Shown here: one piece after another, positions 47,021 to 57,644 of the stretch
How the letters are laid out: every line of letters starts with the position of its first letter
How positions within the stretch are numbered: the stretch's first letter is position 1
Source: Eukaryota sp. TZLM1-RC
Taxonomy: Eukaryota > Protista > Metamonada: BaSk clade
Length of the DNA stretch: 64,000 nt
Assembly: GCA_040285825.1 (NCBI GenBank)
Contig: JAUPSS010000002.1
Coordinates: 2,356,001-2,420,000 of the forward strand
Direction: 5' to 3'
Program-made: the position numbers and the translations under genes
Notes under the pieces: model-generated
Seen by the model: the letters and a program-made list of their open reading frames with translations, nothing else
Databases searched by the model: none
What the model was told of the DNA's origin: nothing

Positions 47021-50000
47021 ATGGATAAAGCATCATTAATTAATGGCTTGAATAGCCACAATGATAACCCTCCTTCCTCTCTGAGGAAGAGTAATGTCCC
47101 TTCTTTGAAGGAGAACAATCCACCGCCCTCGGTGAGTAATCCTCCACTTACGGAGAGTAATCCTTCCTTCGGGAAGAGTAATCCTCCAAAGGAGAGTGAG
47201 CTTTCCGCTGAGAAGAGCATTGCCTCTCAGAAAGAAAGCCACCTCCCCAATAAGGAGAGTGAACTTCGCACTGAGGAGAGCCCCACCTCCCAGAAAAGAA
47301 GTCACCTCCCTAATACGGAGAGAGGTAACCACGTTGTTGATGTGTCAGAACTATACACATACCCCGACAACTCCTCGGAGCTCCTTCCTTGTAGGAAGAG
47401 TTTTCTCACTCCGAGCGAGCAACGGAGATTCAAAGCGTTTGTTGTAAGTAATAAATCTGACGCTTGTACAGAAGGTGAAGGAGGCGAAGGCGAGCAACAG
47501 TCTACGACTAGCTCCTCACGTAAAACTCCCTCCTCACCTACTTCTGACATCAGCTCAAGTGAGGAACCTCAAAGTGATTCCAGAGGATCTCTTAATCAGA
47601 ACTACAGCAGGAGAGGGGATGAGAGCGATGATGAACCACCTCATACACCCAATCCTCCTAATCCAACTCCTAGTTTTCCATCTACGGAAAGGACTTCTCA
47701 GGGTCTTTACCGCAGGAAATTAGCAAAGGCAGTTGAGGCTGTAACTAGAGATTTCTTATTGGACCTCATCGCCAATCCTCCCGAAGATGTATTGGATTGG
47801 AGTGATGACGAATTATTAAAAATGGCTGAGAATGAGTCAGAGCGTCTTGCGGGAGACGAAGACCCAGCCGAATGTGAGAAGGTCCGACGTGACTATTTAG
47901 CGAAACGTTGGCCCTTCCTCTTTGGGGAAGCCCACGGCAGAACAGTTGACGACGTCGTCTACGAGAGTTATGATCAGAGTCCAACTCTTTTGAAGAGATT
48001 GGATGATCTTACCGATTCGGCAGTCTCGTGTGGAATGAGTGCAGTCGAGGATTGCTATTTTAACGCACCTCGTTCAAAGTATCAAGCTGCTACTCCCAGG
48101 CCTGCCAAATGGCATAGGGATGCAATTGATGACCACAAAATATATTTCAGTGGAAATCAAGAAGCTTACGACAGACTATTTTGGATAGCTAAGATGTACC
48201 CTCATAATCAACAAGGTAGAAACCTTAGAGGCGTCGTAAGGCATTTCCTAGTGGAGAATGTACACCCAAAAGATTCCATTGCGGACATTTTTATTATGCT
48301 TGGGGGCAGATTCGATGAATCTCGAGGTGACACCCTTCAATTTCATACCAAAGAGTCCTATATTAGAGAAATAGGCACAAGGGTAATTGAATTGAAAGAG
48401 CAACGTGTTGGCCCCAACAAGTTAAAACTAGTATACCCTGATGCATGGATGGCTAAACTTAAGGCATGGGTTGATAGCTGGCCCGACCAAAATGTTTTTG
48501 AGAATGTCTTAATAAAGAGCAGTTGCCTTCCATATGATCATAAACTAGCAGGGGTCCCTAGAGGATCTAAAGATGCACCAGATTGGGTGGATTTAAGGCC
48601 ACCAGCCCAGACTGTACCTGTACAGGAGGAACCTCCTAAGACAAGATTTATCATAAAGTTGGGCGAAACATTGCCTTCAGAAGAGAGGAATATGAACCTA
48701 TATAGTACACCTTCTGTAGGGCCTCTGGCATCTAGGAGAGCTTCTTGTGAAGCAACTCCTACACAAGCATCTGTTATAAAATCATCTATACCCACGCAAC
48801 CCCTAGGAACGCATGCTCCTAGAGATTCTCTCGTCGACACCCTCGGTCTTTATAGAACTCCTGTAACAGACGAGGAGAAATTGAGGAAAAGAATAGACGA
48901 CAAACTGAGATGCCTAGTTAAGTTAAATGAAGCGTTTGACGCCAAGAAGATCTTCGACTTCGTGCTTAACTTTGGCAATTGGGCTAAAACAGTTAGGGAT
49001 CGCGATGGACCCACCAGAGCATTTACGCCGATCACCAAATACGGTCAACCTGTTCATCAGTACGACTTCGTTAGATCTATATTCTTCGAAGTGGACCCTT
49101 TGTATTTGAGATTTATGATCGAGGGTAAGGTCATCGCAGAATGGCAGAGTTTTTATGGAGGCCGAACAAACGTTTTAGGCAACAACCCATTTGACGCCGA
49201 AATCTGGGAATATTTGCTACTCAGCACCCAGTACAAATACCCTACCGATGTTGAGAAGGCTTTAAGGTCTGTAAGACCACCTGAGATCAGTCGCAAAATG
49301 ACTGCTGAATCTTCATGGACAGCCTTCATGGAGCAGATCATATATATAATTCGACGCTCTACAATTATGCCTGGAACGGATGGTAATCCGTCTGTCGTCT
49401 ACCCAGCAAAGAGATTTCTCGAAACTATTAACGACAAAACAAACAATCAATTGATGGACACATATATCATTTGGATTGGCAAGTTTGATTCAAGTAACGA
49501 GAAACTGGGCGATGCGATTTACGATTTAGGTAACGCATTTGTTAACAAGGTCAATAGCCTTGAATCCTCGATCAAAGACATGAATTTGATAAGAACAGCT
49601 TTTGGTGCTCACGCCCCTACGCAAAAAGGACGAAGCCAGTCAAAAGGTCCTTTTAAGAACCCTAGAGTAAGCAGTCGACCCATCCCTTCAGAGCAATGGT
49701 GTAACTTATGTAAAACCAATAAACATCCTGAAGAGAAATGTTTTAAATTAGTGGGAAGACCTGGTTCAAAAAAGCGTCAAGGAGGTGAAAGACGTGATAG
49801 AAAACGTAAAAGTAGTAGTAATAAATCAGATGATTATACATCTTTTAACAATAACCTTACAAATAATTCAATCAAATCCATTTATAAAATGAGCAAAACA
49901 GATTCGAATTATAATCACCTAAATCCATTAAAAAGATTTAGAGAGTCATCCAATCCTGTGGGTTCTATCCACAGTGTTAGATTATCCAGGGTAGCAGAGG

Positions 50001-52249
50001 ACCAAGAAAGTTCTAACGGGGAACTTTGGTTAACCTGCACCATAAATAACGTGGAAGTACAAGGCGAAATTGATAATGGAGCTGCATTTTCAGCATTATC
50101 AATGGATTTAGCCTCTAAATGTAATATGACAGTTAATGACAATAAGACTGTCGAATACTTATCGGCAAATGGTATTCGCTCCACGACCCTGGGATGTGCA
50201 AGTGGTGTTCTTGCTCTAAATGTGAATAGCTTGGCCACTCAAGTGTTTTTAAGGATCGAATTCCAGATCATTCCTGGTACCAATAATTTTTTGATCGGAA
50301 GAGACTTATTACAAACCTTGGGGCTACGCACGGAGCACGGTTTTAATATTAATTTGGATCGCGAACATCGCACCATCTTAAATGCTGAATGTGAGTTCGA
50401 TAATAGAATTTGTCAACCAATTAGATTCATTGAACAATTGAGTAATAAATCAGACTTAGGTAATGATTTTGGGCATTCCACATTTAGACATGAGTTAGAT
50501 GAGTTGGGCTGTAGAATATGCCTGGATGAGGAACGCCTAGTCGTGCTACTCGAAAAATATAGAAATGTATTTAGTGGGCTACCTCACCCGGATGGAATTG
50601 ATTGTCAGCCGATGACCATTCCATTTTATGACGAAAGTAAGGTCGTCAAAAGGAAACCTCGAAGATTAAACCCAGAAAAACAACGGGTAGCCGAGGAAAT
50701 TTTTAACGAATTGATCCGTAATGGATTTGCTGTGCCCGCAAAGTCTCAATTCAGTAGTCCCATCTGTCTTGTGATTTACACTGATCACAGGAAACCACGA
50801 TTAACTGGCGATTTTAGTGGTATTGGTGGAGTAAATGATTTAACTAAACCTGTAGAGGCAAATTTGCCCAGGATTAGCGACATTTTAGAGTTTCTAAGTA
50901 AAGCTAATTATATAGCAACTCTAGATTTACCTAAGGCATTTTGGCAGCTCAAAATTGCAGAAGAGGATATTGATAAAACTACCGTATCAATTCCCGGGAT
51001 GTCGATCAGTTTTAAAAGGGCTTGTTTTGGTTTGAAGAACGTTCCTGCAGTCTTTCAAAACATGATGATGGAAATATTTGATTCTGAGGGCGTATTTATT
51101 TATATCGATGATATAATAATAGTAGCTTCGACCCTGGATGAATTTCTATCTAGAGTAGGTACGGTCCTAGAACGCGCCAAACGTTTTAGAGTTAACCTTG
51201 GCCTACCCAAGTGTAGCTTTACCACTTGCAAACATGAAATAAAAATTCTAGGTAGTATTTTTGTAAACAAAACCCGTTATATAGATGAATTTAGGATTGA
51301 GGGACTGATCAACCTACCCAAACCCAGGACATTACCTGAAGTTAGGAGTTTTATAGGATCGATCAATTATATACGTGACTGGTTGCCAAATTTGTCTGAC
51401 TTGATAGAACCAATCAACAAATTAACCAGAAACAAACCGTCAAAAATCAAGTGGACTCCTGATCATGACGAGGCTTTTAGTAAGATTATAAATCTTATCA
51501 AAGCAAATATCCCTCTTGAACTGCCCTCAGAAGACAAGCATATTTTAATAAGTGCTGACGCGTCCGATGTGGCTGTAGGTGGAGTAATATGGCAAGAAGC
51601 TAACCCACCTAAAGATCCTACGACACCGCTAATTAAGAGAAAGGTTGTACCTATTGCCTTCTTTAGCAGATTATTATCAACTTCACAAAAGAATTGGTCT
51701 GTACTTCAGAAAGAGTTGTATGCAATTTTACTAATTCTCACTGACAGTAGTTTAGAAAATTATTTAATTTCGAGGAAATTAACTATTTTCACTGATCATA
51801 GAAATTTAGCATACCTCATATCAGCTCCTGAAAAGAACAGAATTGTGAAGAGGTGGCTACCAATATTGTCAGAATTCAATTTTGATGTAGTCCACACTGC
51901 AGGCGAGGAGAATTATTGGGCAGACATGTTGTCTAGATTGGTTGACACCAAACCCAAAACTCCTCGAGTCCAACAAGTGAGAAACTTGGCACCTCACAGA
52001 GTTGAAGAACAATTACCTATTTTAAATTTATTAACTAGAGTTAATTTGTTAAGGGATGATATTACTCAACCGTCCACAATTGAGCTACCCACGATTAATA
52101 GCTTATCTGCACTGAAAGAAGCAGTTGAGGATACTAAATTTGATTTATTTGACACTTGGATCTCAAAGATTAGGCAAGAACAACTTATAGATGTTGATTC
52201 AAATCCTGATTATTACCAACAATCGTGGGAAGATTGTCATCCCAGATAG
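47021..52249 (+). CDS. Gag-Pol polyprotein (Gag CCHC, aspartic protease, RT, RNase H)
   Basis: CNLCKTNKHPEEKC, IDNGAA, LDLPKAFWQ, YIDDII, ADASDVAVGG, TDHRNL, WADMLSR. Confidence 0.93.
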   Translation: MDKASLINGLNSHNDNPPSSLRKSNVPSLKENNPPPSVSNPPLTESNPSFGKSNPPKESELSAEKSIASQKESHLPNKESELRTEESPTSQKRSHLPNTERGNHVVDVSELYTYPDNSSELLPCRKSFLTPSEQRRFKAFVVSNKSDACTEGEGGEGEQQSTTSSSRKTPSSPTSDISSSEEPQSDSRGSLNQNYSRRGDESDDEPPHTPNPPNPTPSFPSTERTSQGLYRRKLAKAVEAVTRDFLLDLIANPPEDVLDWSDDELLKMAENESERLAGDEDPAECEKVRRDYLAKRWPFLFGEAHGRTVDDVVYESYDQSPTLLKRLDDLTDSAVSCGMSAVEDCYFNAPRSKYQAATPRPAKWHRDAIDDHKIYFSGNQEAYDRLFWIAKMYPHNQQGRNLRGVVRHFLVENVHPKDSIADIFIMLGGRFDESRGDTLQFHTKESYIREIGTRVIELKEQRVGPNKLKLVYPDAWMAKLKAWVDSWPDQNVFENVLIKSSCLPYDHKLAGVPRGSKDAPDWVDLRPPAQTVPVQEEPPKTRFIIKLGETLPSEERNMNLYSTPSVGPLASRRASCEATPTQASVIKSSIPTQPLGTHAPRDSLVDTLGLYRTPVTDEEKLRKRIDDKLRCLVKLNEAFDAKKIFDFVLNFGNWAKTVRDRDGPTRAFTPITKYGQPVHQYDFVRSIFFEVDPLYLRFMIEGKVIAEWQSFYGGRTNVLGNNPFDAEIWEYLLLSTQYKYPTDVEKALRSVRPPEISRKMTAESSWTAFMEQIIYIIRRSTIMPGTDGNPSVVYPAKRFLETINDKTNNQLMDTYIIWIGKFDSSNEKLGDAIYDLGNAFVNKVNSLESSIKDMNLIRTAFGAHAPTQKGRSQSKGPFKNPRVSSRPIPSEQWCNLCKTNKHPEEKCFKLVGRPGSKKRQGGERRDRKRKSSSNKSDDYTSFNNNLTNNSIKSIYKMSKTDSNYNHLNPLKRFRESSNPVGSIHSVRLSRVAEDQESSNGELWLTCTINNVEVQGEIDNGAAFSALSMDLASKCNMTVNDNKTVEYLSANGIRSTTLGCASGVLALNVNSLATQVFLRIEFQIIPGTNNFLIGRDLLQTLGLRTEHGFNINLDREHRTILNAECEFDNRICQPIRFIEQLSNKSDLGNDFGHSTFRHELDELGCRICLDEERLVVLLEKYRNVFSGLPHPDGIDCQPMTIPFYDESKVVKRKPRRLNPEKQRVAEEIFNELIRNGFAVPAKSQFSSPICLVIYTDHRKPRLTGDFSGIGGVNDLTKPVEANLPRISDILEFLSKANYIATLDLPKAFWQLKIAEEDIDKTTVSIPGMSISFKRACFGLKNVPAVFQNMMMEIFDSEGVFIYIDDIIIVASTLDEFLSRVGTVLERAKRFRVNLGLPKCSFTTCKHEIKILGSIFVNKTRYIDEFRIEGLINLPKPRTLPEVRSFIGSINYIRDWLPNLSDLIEPINKLTRNKPSKIKWTPDHDEAFSKIINLIKANIPLELPSEDKHILISADASDVAVGGVIWQEANPPKDPTTPLIKRKVVPIAFFSRLLSTSQKNWSVLQKELYAILLILTDSSLENYLISRKLTIFTDHRNLAYLISAPEKNRIVKRWLPILSEFNFDVVHTAGEENYWADMLSRLVDTKPKTPRVQQVRNLAPHRVEEQLPILNLLTRVNLLRDDITQPSTIELPTINSLSALKEAVEDTKFDLFDTWISKIRQEQLIDVDSNPDYYQQSWEDCHPR

Positions 52250-53621
52250 TTTAAAGAAGCAGACTTTAACTATCATTCATGGACATGCAAATGTTGGCCA
52301 TCCTAGTGTGACGACTAGCGTAAAGAAATTACTCAATAGTGATTACTTTTGGCCCGACATGCGCAAAGACATGATTAACCATATTAAGAGATGCCCAGCA
52401 TGTCAAAAGACGGCGCATGTGCCTAAAAATGTCATTGAATCATCTGGCTCTCTTTGGGCTGATCGACCTTTTGCACGATTAAACGCAGACACTATTGGAC
52501 CATTACAACAAGATGATAATGGATTCAAATATTTAATAGTTTTTGTAGACTCGTTCACCAGGTATACGATCATTTGCCCTGTAAAGGAATTGAATGCAGT
52601 GGAGGCAACCAATCACCTCCTATGGAGTGTAGTATCAATTTTTGGTATCCCACTGTTGATTCACAGTGACAACGGTATTGAATTTGCAAATGCCATATTC
52701 AAAGGGTTATGCGATTTATTAAACATTGAAGTAAGTCGTTCACTAACTAGCTTTTCACAAAGCAATGGTTTAGTAGAATGACGACACAGAGACATTTTAC
52801 AAAGTCTAAGAAAGATTTTGGTGGACTCTGGCGATTATAGCAATTGGAGTGAATATATCCCAATTGTACAACTTCAAATCAATTCAACTGTTAGTAGAGT
52901 TACTGGTCATTCGCCCTACAATTTAATGTTTGGTAGCGACCACAGCCCTAGAGCTGATCCTAGTAATATGTTTGAATTAATAAAATCAGCTAATGTTAAT
53001 ATCCCCTTTGTTAAAGATCTTGAAGCAAAACTTGAAAGGATTTCAAAGAAGAGAGAAGAGGCAGAGCTCAGGCAAGCTCAACAACTGCCTGAAGTTAACA
53101 AACATAGGAACCCTTTTAATAAAGGTGACTTAGTTTTGCGATTAAAGACTAATGGTAAACTCCATGGTTGCTTCGCTGGCCCTTTTCTCGTTGAAGAAGT
53201 TAAATCCAATAAAAGTTTATTACTCAAGAATCTTGTCACTGGTTCGATGTCTACGGCAAGTATAAATCATTGTAAACTATACCTTTCAGACTTCCCTAAA
53301 GAAGATCTTGATTGGCATAAGAATATTGCTGCTGGCGATATGGAAGAATCTGTAATCGTTAAAATTATAGATCACTTTGATTACGTAGATTCGAACAATA
53401 ATAAAGTTCCTTATTGTACCGCAGTTTGGTATGGCGGCGAGACTTCGTCTGTCCCAGTTGCTGACGTCAAAAGCACTGAGGCATATCAAACATATTTGCG
53501 CTCTATTAGTCCTCACACTACCAGGAAACGGAAGGTATCTTCTAATTCCAAATCTAAGACTAATTCCCCTGCAGTCAGTACTCGTAGCTCTCGTTCGAGA
53601 TCTAAGAGAGGGAAAAGGTAG
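52191..53621 (+). pseudogene. Integrase with chromodomain-like tail; frameshifted from pol near 52200-52220, premature TGA at 52779-52781
   Basis: HHCC, NADTIGP, HSDNG, GLVE*RH, GPF, IVKIIDH...VWYGG. Confidence 0.9.
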
Positions 53622-54084
53622 TGTTGTACTGTGGACAATTAGTCTAGTACATTTGTATTTATATAGTATAGTTCACTAGTGATGGCCTTTATAAGGGCCG
53701 GTGAAATTCTAATAAATTATTCCTTATTCTTTGTTATCATATATGGATAAAGCATCATATAGAGCAAAGTTACTTTCCTTGAATGCCAAATCTCACACTC
53801 ATTAAGTCCGTTGTCCATTTCGTTCTCCTTGCGTGGTTTCCTGGGACTTAATGCCATGTCACTCTTAGATGATTCTGAAACAGCACTCAAGGAGATTTTT
53901 TGATAATTTGTTTTGCGGATCAGAATTGTTTTTTCAATTTTTAAAGGTTGATTTGAGATCAACTGATGTGTTTAATAATTCTTTCATACCATTAGCTCAG
54001 TCAAAACACAAGAATCCGCTCTCTGTTGCCGAAAAATCTAAAATTGATAAATATAAAGCAAAGTTTTTTTTTAATTTTTTTATT

Positions 54085-55035
54085 TAATTTTAATTTTATT
54101 CAAAACCTATAAATCAACATCTAAAAGATCCATCTCTCCCAAAACAAAAACACTAGATGCAACTCTCTCATAGTGAGATCCAAGAGACAGCAAAGCATCA
54201 GAAACCATCTTCAACATCCCCTTAAAAATAGAAAACACAATTCTATTTTGCCAAAGCAATCTGTTGAAATTTCTGCCAGTTCTTCTCTTTACAATCAATT
54301 CAAAATCATCCAAAAAACGTAAAGCAGTTGGTGCAAGTGAACCAAAAAGGGAAAATACAAATGGATACAAATTGTATTTTGCATGCTGTAGACTGGCCAA
54401 TTTGGACAAAGGTTCATTGTATTTTTTGAGTTTGAAATTTTCAGCATTTGAAAGAGGATTATGAATTTCAGAATTAACAAGCCTTTCATTTGAGGCATTA
54501 GAAGGATCAACAGACATTACATCCAATAAAATGAAGCTTCCATCTAATTTAGGTAATATAACATCACCTCTATTATTCTTATGAAAATCGTCTTCAGCAT
54601 CAAACAGATTTGACAACAGAGGTTCCAAGAAGGATTCAATTCTATGAGATTTACACATACAATATAACTGGTCTCTTACAGCATCATGAACCTTGCTTCT
54701 AAAAGTAATAAAATGTTTACAATTTAACAAATGAGTAGTTGTAATTTCTCGAGAACATTTACAAATTAAATTATGAGGTAAATTATCAGGCCAGATACAG
54801 GAACGAAATCTCATGTTCAGAGTCCAAGCAGAATCGGTTAAGAGAGTACCATAAACTTGGGGAATTGTTGTTACTAAGGCAGAAGAAGTACTGTCACACA
54901 TATCTTGTAAAAGATTTGCAAAAGCGGGATTCTTTTTCTTGGCCAAGCCAAGTCTAACATCATAATCCAAGCTTTCAAAAATCTTTGACAATTTTTGTTG
55001 AAGCTTTTCACAGCAAAACTGTAAATTAAAAAAAA
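54085..55035 (-). mobile_element. Family B RLE non-LTR element, 5'-truncated, open ORF
   Basis: 310-aa ORF with CCHC and RGD..D..K motifs. Confidence 0.9.
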
Positions 55036-55058
55036 GCAAAGTTGGCTTACTAAATTGT

Positions 55059-55445
55059 ATTTATTGAATTTGCACACTTAATTAAATTAACTCAATACTA
55101 ATGGGACGACTATCAATGAACCAAGATTTCCTCTACAAAATCTTGATCTGCTTGCTGTCTAGCTAAAGCTTCTCTAATTCGATTGAAAAACCGAGGTAAT
55201 CTATTAATAATGGCAAATTGAATCCGCGAACGCCATAAAAAAATATCAAATCTTTTCATTGTTTTTTCTTGCACCATTTTTTGGAAGTCATTCAAAAAAG
55301 TTTCTGCTTCATCTGATAATCTTCCATTTATCGAAAATGGGAAAGCAATAAAAACCAGCTGTGTATTTCTATCGGCATTAGCCTCTTCAATATCTTGATC
55401 ATATTTCCTATGTTTCTCTTTTGCTTTAAAATCCAGAGCAGCCAC
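55059..55445 (-). mobile_element. Family A RLE non-LTR short 3' fragment, head-to-tail with the family B copy
   Basis: Matches 18231-18617. Confidence 0.88.
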
Positions 55446-55538
55446 CATAAAATTTAATTAAAATCCATAATTTCAAACTTAATTCACATTCATCCTCAAT
55501 TAAGTTACTACTGTTTGACTTTATTGTGCTATTAGTCG

Positions 55539-57002
55539 ATGCAGGATTGGATAGCCATTGAAGATACCACCTCTTGGGACACATGCGAGGTAGAGCTGAC
55601 TGAAGTTCCTGTCACTGAAGACCAGGAATCGTCAACTACTCGCCAGAAAGACCTATCATCTCACGAACAACAACCTGATGCTTTCCCTGTGTCTTCGACC
55701 ATTAATTCCTCCATACGCATCCATCATGGAGATCCCTGTCTTCTTGATGTGGATTGTCTTGCTTTCTCTGTTGCTGAGCAGCCCCAGAAACTTACCTCAC
55801 TAGCGAAACACATCCTTGACGCCGCTGGCGAGGACCTTCTCCATGAAGTTTACCAATCAACCATTCGCACTGGTGAAGGTCTATTGTTTCCTGGGTTCTC
55901 TCTCCCTGCCTCCAACGTCGTGGCTTGCATTGACCCCCGCTACTCCCGCCGCTACTACTCTGCCAGTATTAACTCGCTTCATAATTGTGTAAGAGCCAGC
56001 CTTCAGCACTGTTTGGATCAAGGTTTTTCTTCTATTTGCTTAACTCCTCTGTGGAGTAAAGGGAAGGAATTTCCCAATCAAGATGCAATCCACATTGTGT
56101 TACGAACACTACGGAAGTTTTTGACAAGACTTGATAATGTTCCTTTTACTACAGTTCTATGCGTACCCAAAGACATGGAAGATGTTTATTCAAAGCTGCT
56201 TTCCACTATGCCTTATTATTTTCCTAGGTCTGAAGCAGAAGTTTCATTTACTTTTCCTTTGTTACCAGCTGATATTGGCAATGAATGGGGTGAGTATGTC
56301 GACCCTGAACGTAATCTTGACGTTTGCGAGAGTATTTTACCCACAAACACTGAGTTATTTGACAATATTGATAATTTTGCTGATTTTTCCACCCTGTCTG
56401 TTGATCCAGACACAAAGAGAACTAATAGGTCAAAAAAACAGGCTGAAATTGAACAATATCGGGCTGACTTTGTGAGACTTCAACGGGCTTCAAGAACTCA
56501 AGATTTGACTTCTGTTTCTTCTTCTGGGTTTTTGTTCAAGTCTTCAATTAATGACAATGCTGACAGACCTTTGTTTTGCATGATTGGTAAAGCTCTTGAC
56601 CAAACTAGCGATCAACTTCGACAAGCTCCCAACCTAGACCAAGTTGTGATGTTTATTATTAGACTTATGGATAGGTTCGTTGATTCTGAGTTTTCTTTTA
56701 TTTATGTGGCGTCTGATGTAAAGGGTACCCAACGTCCTGATCTCTCTTGGTTCAAGTGGGTTTTGTCTATTTTACCTCCAAAGTACTTTAGAAATTGTAA
56801 GAATTTTATTATTTTGCATCCCAGTTTCAAGGTTAAGGCTAAGTTGTTTGGGTTACAAGCGTTTCTCATGAATACTGAAGCTGGTAGGTTCATTTCTTCA
56901 TGTAGGTCTGTTAAAAGGATTTCTGATTTAGCTGAATTTGTGGATGTTTCTCAGTTAAGTTTACCTTCTTTTGTTCAGTCTTTTGATTCTAATTTGAAGT
57001 AG
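55539..57002 (+). CDS. GDAP2: GDAP2-like protein (macro domain plus CRAL-TRIO)
   Basis: IRIHHGD, AAGEDL, PRYSRRY, HIVLRTLRKFL, YYFPRS, LPADIGNEWGE, IILHPSF. Confidence 0.9.
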   Translation: MQDWIAIEDTTSWDTCEVELTEVPVTEDQESSTTRQKDLSSHEQQPDAFPVSSTINSSIRIHHGDPCLLDVDCLAFSVAEQPQKLTSLAKHILDAAGEDLLHEVYQSTIRTGEGLLFPGFSLPASNVVACIDPRYSRRYYSASINSLHNCVRASLQHCLDQGFSSICLTPLWSKGKEFPNQDAIHIVLRTLRKFLTRLDNVPFTTVLCVPKDMEDVYSKLLSTMPYYFPRSEAEVSFTFPLLPADIGNEWGEYVDPERNLDVCESILPTNTELFDNIDNFADFSTLSVDPDTKRTNRSKKQAEIEQYRADFVRLQRASRTQDLTSVSSSGFLFKSSINDNADRPLFCMIGKALDQTSDQLRQAPNLDQVVMFIIRLMDRFVDSEFSFIYVASDVKGTQRPDLSWFKWVLSILPPKYFRNCKNFIILHPSFKVKAKLFGLQAFLMNTEAGRFISSCRSVKRISDLAEFVDVSQLSLPSFVQSFDSNLK

Positions 57003-57359
57003 GTTTTGTTTATTGGTTATGTATTTGTCAAATAAATATTATTGTTTTTGGAATCTTGAAAATATGTCAATCAAACAATCATTAATTCAATGAATTAAAC
57101 TCAATCAATCTAAATGAAATGGATCAAATCGTTGTCAACTGATCATCTAATTCTAAATGAATGATGAGCTGTACCCGTAACAGCAATAGTCGTTGAGTGA
57201 AAATGATAAGACAGGAAGGAACTGTAAAATGTAGAAACAAATAGACCAACTCAAGGCAAAACCGAAAGAATTTAAAATAAGTCTTCTTTCTGGGATTTCT
57301 TCAATGTCAACAATGTCACATGGATAAGGATTAGTAATTGAAATCGACTATCAGAGACT

Positions 57360-57632
57360 ATTGGAAGACTTGTAGTAGAAGCAGGAACTTTTTTGAATGA
57401 CTTCCAAAAAATGGATCAAGAAAAAACAATGAACAGTTGTGATATCTTTTTATGGCGCTTTCGGATTCAATTTGCCATTATTAATAGATTACCTAGGTTT
57501 TTCTATAGAATTAGAGAAGCTTTATCTAGACAACAAGCAGATCAAGACTTTGTAGAGGAAGTCTTGGTTCATTGAATTTTGTCCCATTAGTTATGAGTTA
57601 ATTTTATTAAGTGCGCAAAATGAATAAAAAAA
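57360..57632 (+). mobile_element. Family A 3' fragment
   Basis: RIQFAIINRLPRFF...FVEEVLVH plus 3' UTR. Confidence 0.8.
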
Positions 57633-57644
57633 TGATAGTTTAAG

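Larger units (their letters stand above)
46900..53757 (+). mobile_element. Full-length Ty3/Gypsy LTR retrotransposon with chromodomain-like tail; identical 136-bp LTRs (46900-47035, 53622-53757), TSD TATA
   Basis: TG...CA LTRs, PPT AAGAGAGGGAAAAGGTAG, order Gag-PR-RT-RH-IN. It splits a decayed non-LTR fragment (NPLSVAENTKINKY|RAKLL). Confidence 0.97.
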
